Notes under the pieces: generated by a model
Databases searched by the model: none
What the model was told of the DNA's origin: nothing
Seen by the model: the letters and a program-made list of their open reading frames with translations, nothing else
In this document: positions 1 through 13,060 of the stretch, piece by piece
How positions within the stretch are numbered: position 1 is the first letter of the stretch
Layout: each line of letters opens with the position of its first letter
NCBI GenBank assembly: GCA_951406725.2
Contig: OX597833.1
Coordinates: forward strand, 9,052,001-9,116,000
Reading direction: 5' to 3'
Length of the DNA: 64,000 bases
Source of the DNA: Octopus vulgaris
Lineage: Eukaryota
Program-made: the position numbers and the translations under genes

Positions 1-1699
1 ATTCCTGACATTACATACATCAACAACTGGCTACATACTGTGGTGGTGTGGACAGAACTGTTAGTTTCTTGTGAAGAGAACACATGTAAAAGCATGTCAT
101 AAGGATAACGGACATTTAGATATTGAGAGAAGTCATGGTAAAGGGACCACCACCGGCAATTGTTGGCTCAATATTGTTAGGTGAGGAAGTGAAAGATTGG
201 AGTATCTCCAGAGGTGGTCTTTTAGAACTAGATTTAGGGGACAACAGATAATTTGTTTGATATAAATACGACTGAGAATGAGTAGGGTCAGTAAGTCTGA
301 ATAAGGATCTCTTCTAGCCTAGGGTCCTGCCTGCAAGAGCTGACCTCCTGCTTTTCTCTTTTAAATGGTGAGATATGCCAGAGATTACTTTGCCATCGAG
401 TGAAACATTTACGAATTAAACAATGTCCCCACTACTTGCAGCACTTAACTGTACTTCTTTACATGTATGTGGACTGAGCTGTTTAGGGACGACAACAACA
501 ATCATAAATGAACCTCAGTGATGAACAGATCAACGTCCCAGGCCACACCCCACTCTCTTACTTTGTCTCTGCTCATTCACCAATCCTTTCACACAGCGTA
601 ACAAGTGCATATTTCCATAGGACCACTACTAATGAGATTCTTTGCCCAACACAAGGGCTCTCACTAATCTACATTGTCTCTGTTCTTTTGGCTCAGGAGA
701 GACAGTGATGGCAAGGCATAACGGAAGAGAGACAGTAATGGTAGGGTGCATAATGAGAGAGAAAGGTAGTGATAAATGCTTCAAGTGAGGAAGAGAGTAA
801 GTTGAGATGGCAATAGTGAGAGTGATGAGAGGAAATGGAAGTGATGGCTGCTAGTATAACAGGGGGCTAAATAGAGGGCTATATCAGATACTCAACCTCA
901 GGAAACTGATTTGGATGATAGCACAGAAGGGACGGAATGATTTACCCTGATGACATTGTTGGCACAAAGCGAATAATAGAGGGGAAGAAGGATTGATAAA
1001 GAAGCGAGTATTGGATACAGCTTGCCTCCTACTTTTTATTGCAAGCAGAGGTAAAATAGCTCCTTCAATTTTACCCAGTTTATTCATATTTTTTGGCCCC
1101 TATGCTTTCAGAATACCCACTCCCATGCCAATTAGGTCACCTAAACAATAGAAACTAATAACTTCTGGGCATCTGAGAGAATCTACTTTCCATGTGCCTT
1201 ATTGTCCCCTTTGCACCTACTGCATGTGCCTTCCATCTCTGTTACCCTGCCCATGATCCCATCTGTCATACAGCATCCATGGTTTACACTGGGTACGCAG
1301 TTAGTAATTTCTACATCCCCCTTTTCAGACGTCAAGCAGAGCCATTTCACTGATAATGATAAGGACCTGTCTTCTTTCCTACTAATTAAACCTTTAACCT
1401 CTGCTAAGTTTATGGTGAGGCTTCCTCATTCCACATTTTGTTTCCATGACTCAAAGTTTTTCCCTATATCGTCTACAGATTTAATAAGTTAGGCAATTTA
1501 TTTTACCTTAAAAATTGTTTGATTTTAACCTTATTTTCATACTTCTTTAACCTTATTATTATAATGAAGAAATCCATAAACATTGGGGAGTAGATTCTAG
1601 TTTTTGACGATATAAGAGTATTATCAAAACAATTGAAGAAAGTGACTTTTGTGGAAATTGATTCTCGTTTGATATGTCATAATGCTTCATATTTGTAGG

Positions 1700-2775
1700 C
1701 CAAAAATTCCTGTCTTTTGTAAGCATTGTGGCTGGTGAAAGGATTCAGCTTCCAAAATCAACTCTTCCAACAGCAGATATTTGGAACAGATTCGGGTGAG
1801 GTTAGTCCTGATCTTAGGATTTCCCACAGCTTCTTCCACTCTTTGCACCAAAATGCTTTTGCCCTCAAAACCACAATTTTTCTAACTTGTGTGTAAGGCC
1901 CTTGCTACAGCAAATGCAGGCATCTAACCAGCTGCCTGACTTGGTCACAAGTGGCTAAATTACTTTCAACAGTGTTTGCTTTTAACAGTAGCAGCCTTGA
2001 TGGTGGCAATCAGACAATCAACTGGAGGATAGAAAGCCTTTAATTTTAGAGCACAATTGTGCAGTAGGAGGGAGAAGCGCGTTACATGGAAGAGCTTAGG
2101 GTACATAACTTGCAATGTTTCTCCAGTAGCTACCATATACTGAGCAGCATCAGACAATAGTAGAAGATTTTCTCTTTGAACTCTCATACTTCTTAACAAA
2201 TCATTAAAGATTTGAGCAGGGATTGGAGCAGTTGGATCTGATTCAAATGGCAAGCATTCTATTAAGAGCATTTTCAACTGAACTAATAAATACATTAACA
2301 ATTTTTTTGTCATTGATCTCACTTTCATCAACATTTAAAAACACATTTCCATCAGCCAGGCAGCTCTTGCAATTCTCAACCAGATTTGCACTAAGCATAT
2401 CAACATATTTTTGGCACGTAGATTGAAATGGCAGTAGCTTCTTGATAGAATCAAAGAGACTTCTCAAACTTGGATTAGTAAGCCTGTGCAAAAGAATGCC
2501 AGCTTCAAGAAATGCTTTGCTCACCATTGCACTCCAAAACGTGTTCTCAGTAAATCTAAACTGATGGGTGGCTGTTCAATTTTAATAGACTTTTTAAGAT
2601 GATGGTTTTTGCTCATTCTATGCAACTCAACAAAATGCCTTTTATTGTGTTTGCCATCAATGAGGCACAATCTGCAATGTAACTAGTTATTGGGAATCAG
2701 TACAAATTCTTTTGAGAATTTTGCTGTAAATTCAAGAGCTTTTTACCTTCTGACTTGTTTTTTGGGCTTTGGAAT
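1700..2775 (-). mobile_element. Degenerate hAT-superfamily (CGGBP1/DUF659-like) DNA transposase fossil
   Basis: Broken minus-strand frames give an N-terminal CGGBP1/BED-like Zn finger (LHCRLC...RHFVELHRMSKNH), VSKAFLEAGILL, FLNVDES (first catalytic Asp region), LLLLSDAAQYM...YPKLFHVT...LLHNC and PLVTKSGSWLDA (decayed TRW motif). Contains stops and frameshifts. Confidence 0.8.
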
Positions 2776-4499
2776 CTGAGTTAAGAATAAGAAAATCATA
2801 ATAATCAAAATTAAAATTACTTGAAACAGGAAAAAAAGCAGCTCGATGAGGCAATGACAAAGGAACTCCACAATCAACTTCAAAAGGATGCAGCAATGCA
2901 TCAGGGAAAGAAAATTATTCAATTCTATTAACCTCAGATAAAAAATTTACAAAACAGTTTTCAAATTTCAATGATACATTTGAGAAACAGGTAGAAAACT
3001 GTACATTTCCAGGTAGAGAAAAGAGTAGCAAGGAAAAGGGATTACTTTCAAAGGTAAATCTAAAGTTCCTAAATAACAGATGCAAAGAATTAAAACTGTA
3101 AATAAACTTACAATTGGATGGTAATAAATAATTCTTAAAGAGGTTTATCTCATGAATTGGAGAAAAAAATGCAAATAATCGATATTAACAGTTGGTATCA
3201 ATCACCAATAACTTAATCTCTCCCCATTGGCATTATGATTTTTCTCTCAGATTCTACCTTACAATCTGCAATATCTCCCACCTCTGATCCACAAACCTGA
3301 GAGCCATTTTAATTCTTTTGACTTCTTCCTTTGCTATTGTCTGGTTTCTTTCCTACTCCTTGATGCCCTCTTTCTTCCAGTCTTTCCAGATCCATCTCTT
3401 GGCCTTTATGACTCTAACCAAAAAACTATTCCACCACTATGTCACCCACTTTTGGGTTGGAACCTTACAAACCTGGTCCGTTACTCTCAGCAGATCACCT
3501 CGTAAGTCCTTCCAGTTGTTCTCTACATCTCTCTCGTGTCGTTTACCTCAAGTAATACATCTCTGAACCTACAACAACTTGATGGTTCTTTCAATTTCTA
3601 TATCCTCCTCCGTCCGTTTGTCTTTTGTCTCCGGGTCCATCTGAAGTCACTAATCTCTGACATCTGTTGGGTGTACATTCTTCATCAACGATAAACTATT
3701 CACAATCATCTGTCCATCCCTTTCCCTGGTGAGTACCAAGTCCTACCTGCACTCCTACATACAAATTAGACGAGGGCTATTATCAAGAGGGAAGAACATC
3801 AATTACTTAAGATGCAAAAGGCCATGGAAAGATCCAGGCTAGGATTATATATATTTATATACACACACAAATATTAGCATGTTCTAGTCTACATTTCCAC
3901 CATCCCCTCTTCTCCACATCTTCTCCCATACTAAGTTCCCAACATCCCAATTCTGTCTTTACAATTCCAACCACACCTTATATACTTTAAATTCTTTACA
4001 TTCCAACTCCTTACAAGCCTTATTCCTCAGAGAAATAATAAACTGAGGGCCAGAATGTCAGGTACAAGAGCAAATTCTTCATTGCAGAAACCAAGAAAAA
4101 AAAAAAAAGCTAGTGGTAATTGTCAGTCACACCCAAAGAAAAGAGGAGGTAATTTTTAAAAATGGAGTTGGTTTACACAAAGGAAAGCCTGGTCTTTGTA
4201 GGCAAGGGAGACAACTATGGATGTGTTTTAGTCTATTAGACCTCATCAGCAAGCTTATTCAATCAGTATAATTTGCAAAATTAAAATCCTCTGCAAGCTG
4301 CCTTGAAACCCTCTATCTTCTTTGTGTGTGACTTTGTAGTGGTCTGGGTGTCCTTCCCTACTTGGCAACTCTTGCTCTCACCTCTTCACATTCTTAGAGA
4401 AAAACTATTTACACCTTACTACCTTCTCGATTATTGCACCTGTATAGGCTAGGGGTATTGATAGGACTGAATCCAAATATCCAGTCTTTAGCGACTCGT

Positions 4500-4690
4500 A
4501 TCACAGGCCACAAATTCAGGAGAAGTCAGTCATTTAAATCAACCTCAGTACTTAACAGCAACTTTATTTTACTAGCCCTGGAAGAATGAAAGGCAAAGGT
4601 GATCTCAGTAGTATTTGAACTCAGGAATTAAAGAGTTGAAACAAATATCACAAGACATTTTGTGTGACACTGATTTTACCATCTTGGGAC
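4500..4690 (-). mobile_element. tRNA-type SINE (family B), degenerate
   Basis: Reverse complement of the ...gagttcaaat...tttgcctttcat...gataaaataaagt...gtactgagg... body also seen at 27545 and 29105. Confidence 0.6.
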
Positions 4691-5137
4691 AGTTCTCAGA
4701 ATGGTTTTGAATTTGAGCAGAAAGCCAGGAATTTGGAGGGTAGGGGATTAGTTGATAGGATGGCGCCCCAATATATGACAGGTATTTTCTCAACCCCAAC
4801 AGGAATAAATACTACATAATGTTTTTTCTTACACTAACAATTCTGCCGGCTGGATACCATTCTGTGACTGTTTTAAGAATGAAAATACTGATTTCTAAAA
4901 CAGGACATGGTCTCAGTGTGTGTGTCCGTGTGTCCAGATGTCCAACTGAGCCTGGAGACACTCAACCAACACTTGAAATGGCAACTTCACAATACTGTTC
5001 CTATTGTTGTTTAAGGTCATCACTATTTCTTATTCTTTTATTCAGAAACAGTAAATCTTGGTCTACATTCTTTGAGGTTTCATTATTTTGCCAACTACAG
5101 TAAGGTGTGATTTGAGTTAGATTTGGATCCTATTTTT

Positions 5138-5500
5138 AGGTGCAGACATAGCTGTGTATTTAGTCCCTTGGGTAAGTGCCTTCTACTATAGTCCAGGGCC
5201 AAACAAAGCTTTGTAAAAAAATTTAGTATGTGGAAATTGAGAGAAGCCCATTGTGTTTGTGTATGTACACTTGTGCATCCTGTGATAATCGTAAATAAGA
5301 GTCACCATCACACAAGCAGTGTCCTTTGTTTCCAATCTTTTGTATAAAACATACCCAGCCTTGGAGAAATACTATCTTAACTGGAAACAAGTGATGGTTG
5401 ACACCAGGAAGGGCATCCAGCCATAGGAAATCTGCCTCCACAAATTCTGTTTGATCCACATAAGCAAGAGAAAGTAAATGTTAAAGCAATGATGATGATA
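5138..5500 (+). mobile_element. SINE (family A) with RTE-type 3' tail
   Basis: ggtgcagacatagctgtg head and ccttgggtaagtgccttctactatag body, then gaagggcatccagcc...gttaaa and a (TGA)n tail shared with the RTE 3' ends in this window. Confidence 0.65.
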
Positions 5501-6431
5501 ACTGCATGAGTTGAAGCAAGAACAAAGAAGCTTGTGAGAGTTAAGTGTAAATACATGAGGGACACAATGCTGTGCTGACGGCAGGAAATGAACCCGTAAC
5601 TCTTCTGTGGATGGTGACTGCCACACTCAGTGTGACCAGCTACCATCTCAGTAAAAAGTTATTCCTTTTAATGAAGGTCGGACAATCTACTTATAATTGC
5701 TCTACTACTACTACTGTTGAAGGCTTGATCAGATGCTTAAGAAACTTGCCTTACTGAGGTACTGGGTTCAATTCCACTGCATGGCAGTCCTTTACCCAAG
5801 CTTCATGATGGAAAATGCAATGTCCCATCAGATGGGTTGCATCAAATATCCAGTTTTGTCGCACAAATTCTCTGTCTGTGGAATACTCAGCTACTCATAT
5901 GCTAATTCAACAATGAAGTAGTTTAATGGATCAAGTGAGATCCATCTACTTTTCACTTCTACTACTACCACCACTGCTATTACTAAGGACAGGTCTTGGC
6001 TATTAGACATTGTGATTTCATTTCATTTCACAGTTAATGTCTTCCGGAAAGGCATGAACTCCATGCAGTCGCAATCCTCACTTTTATGTGTTGAAGATCT
6101 TGTACTAAAATACTATAAAATATTTAGTTTCTCCTCCTCAATTCTGAGTTCAAATCCTGTTGAAGCAGACAAACGCCAGAAATATACTAGTTGTAGCAAC
6201 CGTGTTAGTTTGGTATTTAGTCCAACTAATACTGGGTCACATTATTGTTGTTTTGCTGTAGATCAACCGCCACCCATCAGTCCTATAAGCAAACACAATC
6301 TGTGGCCATTCCGTCATTTTTTTTTTTTTTTAGGGTATCTAAGAAATCTTCATTTAAGTCTGTAAGGTGCGATGTCAGGGAGGTATAGCTGTTATTTTTA
6401 GCAGGCCAAGTGACGACGTAGAGACATTCAC

Positions 6432-6460
6432 ATTGGCTCACGACGGCGTGGTGGTCCAGG
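6432..6460 (-). CDS. Possible 29-nt second exon of the unidentified minus-strand gene
   Basis: Acceptor ttctttgattgcag; continues the phase-2 frame of 8447..8478 as (S)LDHHAVVSQ. Donor is gtgaat, or gtgagc giving a 19-nt exon. No homology recognised. Confidence 0.3.
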
Positions 6461-7106
6461 CTGCAATCAAAGAACCGAGATCGACACACGGCAGTGACGA
6501 TGACATCATCGAAGTCCTTGGGAAACACATGAATGTCACAACACAGAGTAAAAAAAGATGACATGCGTTACGAACTAGAATTCCTTTTGCATCTAATTAA
6601 AAAGCGACAAACACTGCTATACATATGACCTAGAAAGGCATGACCATCACAAATCTAAAGAACAGGTGAAACAACGAAGACCAAGTAAGCACGACCAGAC
6701 TTAATAACGTAATAAGGAAGGAGAGGGGAGTAATTAATTTCATTGAATTAATTGGAAGACTTGGCTTAATTGGAGGGAAGCACTGCTTACAAGACGATGC
6801 CGGCAATTCTCGTCAAGACATCGTACAACGATTCCCTTTGCCCTCGGGGCTCCAAACATCAGACATAATGTGTGTGTGTAGGGACGGATGGATAATATGT
6901 ATAATGTGTGGGTGTCCTGAACTTATTGTATGGATGTGGTTAATATTTAAATAGATGTTCTATTAGCAGAGAATTAATAACAAAAAAAACCAAAACTCTG
7001 CAACGATTGCTGATTCAAGACCAGACAAATGTAAATGTGATAGCAGTGTATGTATTAACACATATACACATAGATGTATATCTATATACATGTATACGCA
7101 CACACG

Positions 7107-7107
<1 letters not shown>

Positions 7108-7162
<55 letters not shown>
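7108..7162. repeat. (TA)n microsatellite
   Basis: Perfect TA run seen directly; similar runs near 15354-15398, 22500-22539 and 57581-57615. Confidence 0.95.
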
Positions 7163-7165
<3 letters not shown>

Positions 7166-8446
7166 TGTGTACATATGAGGCTGTCATCGTTTGTCACAAA
7201 TCTGACAGGATGTTTCTTTTTTAATCTTTGGCAATAAGGGGTCCATGGCTTTACAAGTCTGCTGTACAAATATGTAAAGGAGGATATTCCGGGTTGGAAG
7301 GATTGGTGATGTTAATTAATGCAGGGGCGGAGGGTGTTGGACTCAATACCGGTGAGAGGGTGCGAGTAGAGATGGCACCAGACGAGTCAGCTGTAAGGAG
7401 TAGAGGACATCGTAGTGGGAGTAGATGAGAAGACAGCAGGTCTGTCTGTGGGATCAGAAATTGATAGAAGAGGGAATTGGTGAGGGGGAACTTTATGTCA
7501 ATGGTAGAGGTGGGGAGGAGACCTTTCTTTGGATGTAGTTGGGGGGGGGCAGAGTTCTCCGATATGTATGAGTGTGTATACGAATGTAGGTTCATATCAA
7601 TGTAATTTATGTGTGTATATATAAATATTTACACACACACGCACGAGTGGAATAAAATAATTCAACCTACGATCGTTTTATTACTTATTAGAACCAAAAC
7701 GATGTGTGTGTAGTAGTAGTAGTAGAATAATGGTCGTAATAAATGTAATTTTTGCTGCCTTCTTTTGTAATAACAATAATAGGAATAACTTGGATGACAT
7801 GTTCATCAGCAATGAAGAGCGGAAACGTGAAACACCGATATTAATAGCTGCATCCATGCGCGCGAGGATGTGTATACATATGTAGGTATTCACCGGGACT
7901 TCCCTTCTTTTTATGAATCCGCTCAATTCCAAACACAAGACATTATTATAAATATATTATATAATGGTTCCCTTTACCTTTTGTCACTCAAGATCAGTAT
8001 CTATTGTCATGTATGTATATATTTTATACAATCATGTATTAGTATTGTGTTTATTAGATTATATTATACATTATTATAACGACCGACCTAGAAAAGGAAA
8101 GGTCGACAAAGTGGAGGACCAGAAGTGGAAAGACACAGAAATAAAGATGACAAGTTGACAACAGTTTTTATGAAGACTTTTACAAGAGCCGAGTGAAGAA
8201 GAGAAAAGAAACCGACGAAAGCAAGCGGAAAAACCCCAAGCTGAGCAGATATGAGAGGGAAGGAAATATTTGCTGGTGAGGATTGTTGTGTGTGTTGATA
8301 AAAGTGGAAGAAGAATATCTGGGGCTGTTTTTTGTGTTTTTTGTGTGTGTGAGGCGGAAATGGCGACATTTGCTCGACGTTTGCAAAGAATCTGTATCTG
8401 TGTGTGATGGTGACGAGTGAGAATAACTGCGTGACGGAGCACTTAC

Positions 8447-8478
8447 CTTGATTCCAGGGCCTGATCCAGACTATCCAT
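8447..8478 (-). CDS. Probable first coding exon of an unidentified minus-strand gene (MDSLDQALES...)
   Basis: ccccacATGG start, 10 codons plus AG, then a perfect AG|GTAAGT donor. It lies in a locally CpG-rich zone (about 8080-9070) with YY1-like AAATGGC motifs near 8357 and 9027. Confidence 0.5.
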
Positions 8479-11304
8479 GTGGGGAGAATATGAGTGTCGG
8501 AGGTGGTGTGTTGTTTTTTGAATTTGCCAGGAAATAATGAAAGTTTGATCACGGGGCCAAACAACAGGTCATGTGAGAGAGGAACATGTGACAGGGAGGA
8601 GGAGGAGGAAGGAGGAAAGGGTGGGAGGAGGAGAACGACGGTAATGGCCGACCTAGAGACACACACGACGACTACTATTCAGTCAAATATCGTCGATTAC
8701 ATCAGAAATACTCGGCAAATTAAGCGAGTGACTACTACAATCAACAACAACTGATCGGCCTTTCATAAATCGGTTCTTTCCTTCCGTTTTTCTTTTGTAT
8801 TCGAGAAGATTTTTTTGTGCAAAAAGATGCCCACTGGATACTCTCGACGACGATGGCAGCCTTTTGCTAATTTGTTTTTCTTCTTCCTCTGTGATATATT
8901 TATGACGCTCGTTGTCTTCTCTTGTATTTAATAATTCAACACTGTTTTGTATATATACTCGTCTATGTGAATATAGAGATATTTGTGTGTATAAATGTAT
9001 CTTCGTCGTTGTTGCGTTTAGTTTACAAATGGCCGCCTTCGCTTTCCAATATGTCGTCTTCATGTGTAACTGTGTGTGTGTGTGTGACTGCGTGTGTGTG
9101 ACTTAATGTGTAACTGTGTGTGTGTGACTGTTGCGACTATGTGTGTCTCAGTGTTGGAGGGGGAAGAGTGATAGGCAGAGGAAGAACTCTTCATTTTTTT
9201 TAGCCGCAGTAGAGGGCAGAGGGGACATTTTAGAGAAAGGGGGAGGGGCTATGGTGGTAGGAGGAACTAACGTTTGATGTTGAGAGAGAATTATATGGAT
9301 GATAAGAGGGGGATTTTCCATCTGCAACACACATGCGTATCTGTATATATGTATCTATATATATATAGATACATTATAATGATATGTTTCATGTATCCAA
9401 GTTTTTTTTTCTGTATATAGATGCAAATGTTAGCATATCTAGAAAGTACCTTTATTAGTAAATGCATTGAGCCATTGCTATATTACTGACAGGGAAAATA
9501 GATAATTAATGATTCCAAAGTATTTTTATTTCATATATATATATTTATGTAACATAATTATGTCAAAAATTGTCTACAATTCTGCCAAAGTTATTGAAAG
9601 GGGGTTAACGGCCTTTAATGGTTTTTGCTTAACCTCAGATCAGCTTTCAATAAACATCTGATCAAATGTATTCCGTCCGTGACCGTTTCAACTTTATTTT
9701 CCGACGTTGTTTTTTTTCTAGAATAACCTTATCTAATATGGTTTGAGTGGAGAGAGATTTGGCTGCTGTTTCTAGCATATTGTATTACCACCTGAAAGTT
9801 CCATACACGTTCTGAGATGAACCCCAGTTCTCTCCCTCGTCCAACTGCTCTATGTTCAATCGTTATCTTGTCTTTTATTCAGACATAGTGTATCTAGGAG
9901 TACATTATCTTGATGTAGCCTTTTCTTAAAACATCCCTGTTTATATCTGTCTCCTGTTCTACCTTCACATCACACACAGTTCAGATTGCGAGGGCGAATT
10001 AAACGTAGTCAGCACTGATTAAACGTACCAATGGTCAAAGTGGTTCCAATTATGACCATCCCATTTTTTATGCAGATATATAGTGGGGGGGGGTGTATTA
10101 TTCCCCACTGGAGGAAAATGCAGAATGTGATTTGATGCTGGCTTCGCTGTTATTGCTAGCAGGTCACATGACTCGTAGATGTTCCTTAGTTGTTTTACGT
10201 CCACTTTCCGTACCTGCAAGGGTTAGATGTGTCGTTATAGCCCGAGTCCCTTCTCATTCGACAATATCGCGCTTATGTTTTCAAGTTTGGCGTGGTTTCT
10301 GAATGCTCTCCCTAACTCCTATCCCCTTACAGAGTGTACAGTGTGCATTTTTATCTTGGGTACCAGCACGAGGAGATTGTATTGTCCTCAACAAGACGAA
10401 ACTTCTGTTATCAAATTTCCTTGAGGATTCTTTACAAAAGATGGGCATCAAACTACACAAGGAGATGACTGGTCCTGATGGGATAAACTATGTCGCTAGA
10501 CCTGTATCTACACTATGAATTAAAGCTGCTGCAGACTAATTTAACACTCGTTAATATTACAGTGCTACCACTGCTTACAGACTTTTGGGGGAGATACCTT
10601 TATAAGTAGCGAGAGTTGTCTATTGATTCCAACATACTATGGGTAACAGGGTACAAAATAGGTTTATCCCTAAATAACCCCCTAAATCTTCAAATATCAA
10701 AGAATTTGCTCTAAATTTTGAAGCTGTTGTGTTCTTTAGCCCCAGGTCAGGCCTAATCCAGCAGACCTATGATCAAAGGTTCAGACTATCCTATCTTTTA
10801 TTTATTTCTTTTAAAAGTCTTTAAAAAAAACATTTTAAAGTAGAGAGTTTTGTATTGTCAAACTGGAAGCAGCATCAGACCTGTTGGTATCAAAATGATT
10901 TTTTAAAATGTGGCACAACATTTCATAGACTTCTTAGAGAAATATTCCTCAGTTTTTGTTGATAGTAAATGTGCTGTAGTCTTCATATAACATGGCTTAC
11001 TGTAGAACATACAAGCATTTTTATGTTTTGCCAAATGTTTCCAAACTAAAAGATACTGTCTTGGACACCCTTCCGGAATTTTATGACAATCCATAGAAAC
11101 TACTGATCTATACATTGGCTTAGCAGTCTTTAACAGTTTCAGACAAGGACATTGAACATCCTTATAACATTGACATTAAGCTCAGAATGTTTGGAATATT
11201 CTGAAAATGATTTTATAATAATCATTTACACAATAATTATATTCACTGGACAGTTGTATATCACAAGAACACCTCATTTTCTTCCTTCAACATCGAAGCA
11301 TACA

Positions 11305-11700
11305 AAGGTTTAAAGTGGAGAGAATTTCTGGAAAAGACATGGGACAAAATATTGAAGGCTGATCTCAAAATGCTGAGACTTACGAAGGAGATGAGAGAGG
11401 ACTGAGATATTTAGTGCATCGCTGTACTTGAGAAGACCTGCCCACAACAGAATTGAGATTCTAAAACCAGGACATAGAAAGGAATGGTATGGATGCTGGT
11501 GCCACTTAAAAAGCACTGGTGATGGTGCCATGTAAAAAACACCCACTACATTCTGAAGTGGTTGGCATTAGGAAAAGCACCCAATCATAGAAACCAAGCC
11601 AAAACAGATTATGGAATCTGATGTGGCTCCTGACCTTGCCAATTCCTGTCATGTCGTCCAACCCATGCCAGCATGGAAAACGGATGTGAAATGTTGATAG
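11305..11700 (+). mobile_element. RTE LINE 3' fragment
   Basis: Encodes KTWDKILKADLKMLRLTKEMRED, homologous to the C-terminus of ORF 41651..44221, followed by the aacccatgccagcatggaaaacggatg 3' end. Confidence 0.75.
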
Positions 11701-12903
11701 TGAAATGGCTTTGTGTGAAGTGTTGAAGGCTAAAGTATAATAGAAGGGCAAGGATGGATGGCTGTCCAGCATTGCGTGAGGGTCAATGAGTGTAATTGGA
11801 TGGGAGGTAAAAATGGTGGTAATGGGGGTGCGAAAGCATACAAATTAGGAAAAGATGGCTAGAAGGGCAAATATAGATTGGATTGGGAGGGAAGGAAAGT
11901 GTGGATAGAGTGATGAAAGAGGGTGAAGGTGTGATTGATGGTAAATATCAGTGTGGAGATGGAAGTGGACAAGCATCAGTACTGGAGGTGGTGTGAGGAG
12001 CAGCAGGATCATTATATTTGTGGATAAAAGGGGGAGGCAAAGATGGTGGTTGGAGGCACATGTGAGTGGGACAGAAAAAAAGGTGATGGGTATTGATATC
12101 AGATGAGGCTGAGAATGGTAGGAGAGATGTTAAACATGAAATATTGCAGACTAAGGTGTGGTGGAGAGGAGACAAGTGAAAGACAAATGAGATGGTGCCA
12201 AAACTTGGTTGAATGGACACAGTTTTCAAATCTTATTGGATTTCCATCGTAGACATCTCCATCAATTTGACCAATGTCAAAGAAACAAATAGACAATCTG
12301 TTTGTACTCTCATCTATCACAGTAACTACAGAAAACGGGCTGCTAATTTGCATAATTTGATCAGTTTAAAACATGAAATTTGTATCATAGAATCAGAGGT
12401 GGTGGTCACAAGTGAGTTGATATCAAGTGGGTTAAAACTGAGGATATCTGGCATCTATTTCAAGTGGTTTGTCCAACTGCATAGATGCTTCTTTACTTGG
12501 TTTGTGTTGGTTGTCGTTGTTTAGTTCCAGGACTGATTCAGTCTGACTATGGGAGTCTTTGAGAGAGATCCGGCTGCTAGTTGTGGCAGTTAGACCAGCC
12601 TCATAAGGTTTTAGTTTTTCTTGCTAGCCAGTTGGTTGGTTGGTTTAAAATATAGCAATACTTAAAGTCAGCTGATTTCATCAAATGCTAAAAATGTTGA
12701 AATTGGATTAAATAGGAGAGTTTGTTGAACAGGACAATATACTCCTTTTCCAAAACACATTTCAGTAAACAAGAACAATAGTGGAGGGGAATATGTGGAC
12801 GAGTGGGAAGAGCATCCACCTATAGAAAACTGATTCAGTAGGTTTCATCTAATCCATGCTGACATGGAAAAGTAGTTGTAAAAATGAGGCATAATGATGA
12901 TTG

Positions 12904-13052
12904 GGTGTAGGCATGGCTGTGTTGTTAAGAAGTTTGCTTCCTATCCATGAGATATCGCGTTCAATCCCACTGTCTGGCATAGTGCACAAATTTCTTTTAT
13001 TCTAGCTCTGAGTCAACGCCAAGGTCTTTTGACTGGATTTGGGGAAACAGAA
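12904..13052 (+). mobile_element. SINE family A head (tRNA-like Pol III boxes)
   Basis: ggtgtaggcatggctgtgttgttaagaag (A-box-like) and gttcaatccc (B box); matches the copy at 31661. Confidence 0.7.
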
Positions 13053-13060
13053 ACCCTATT

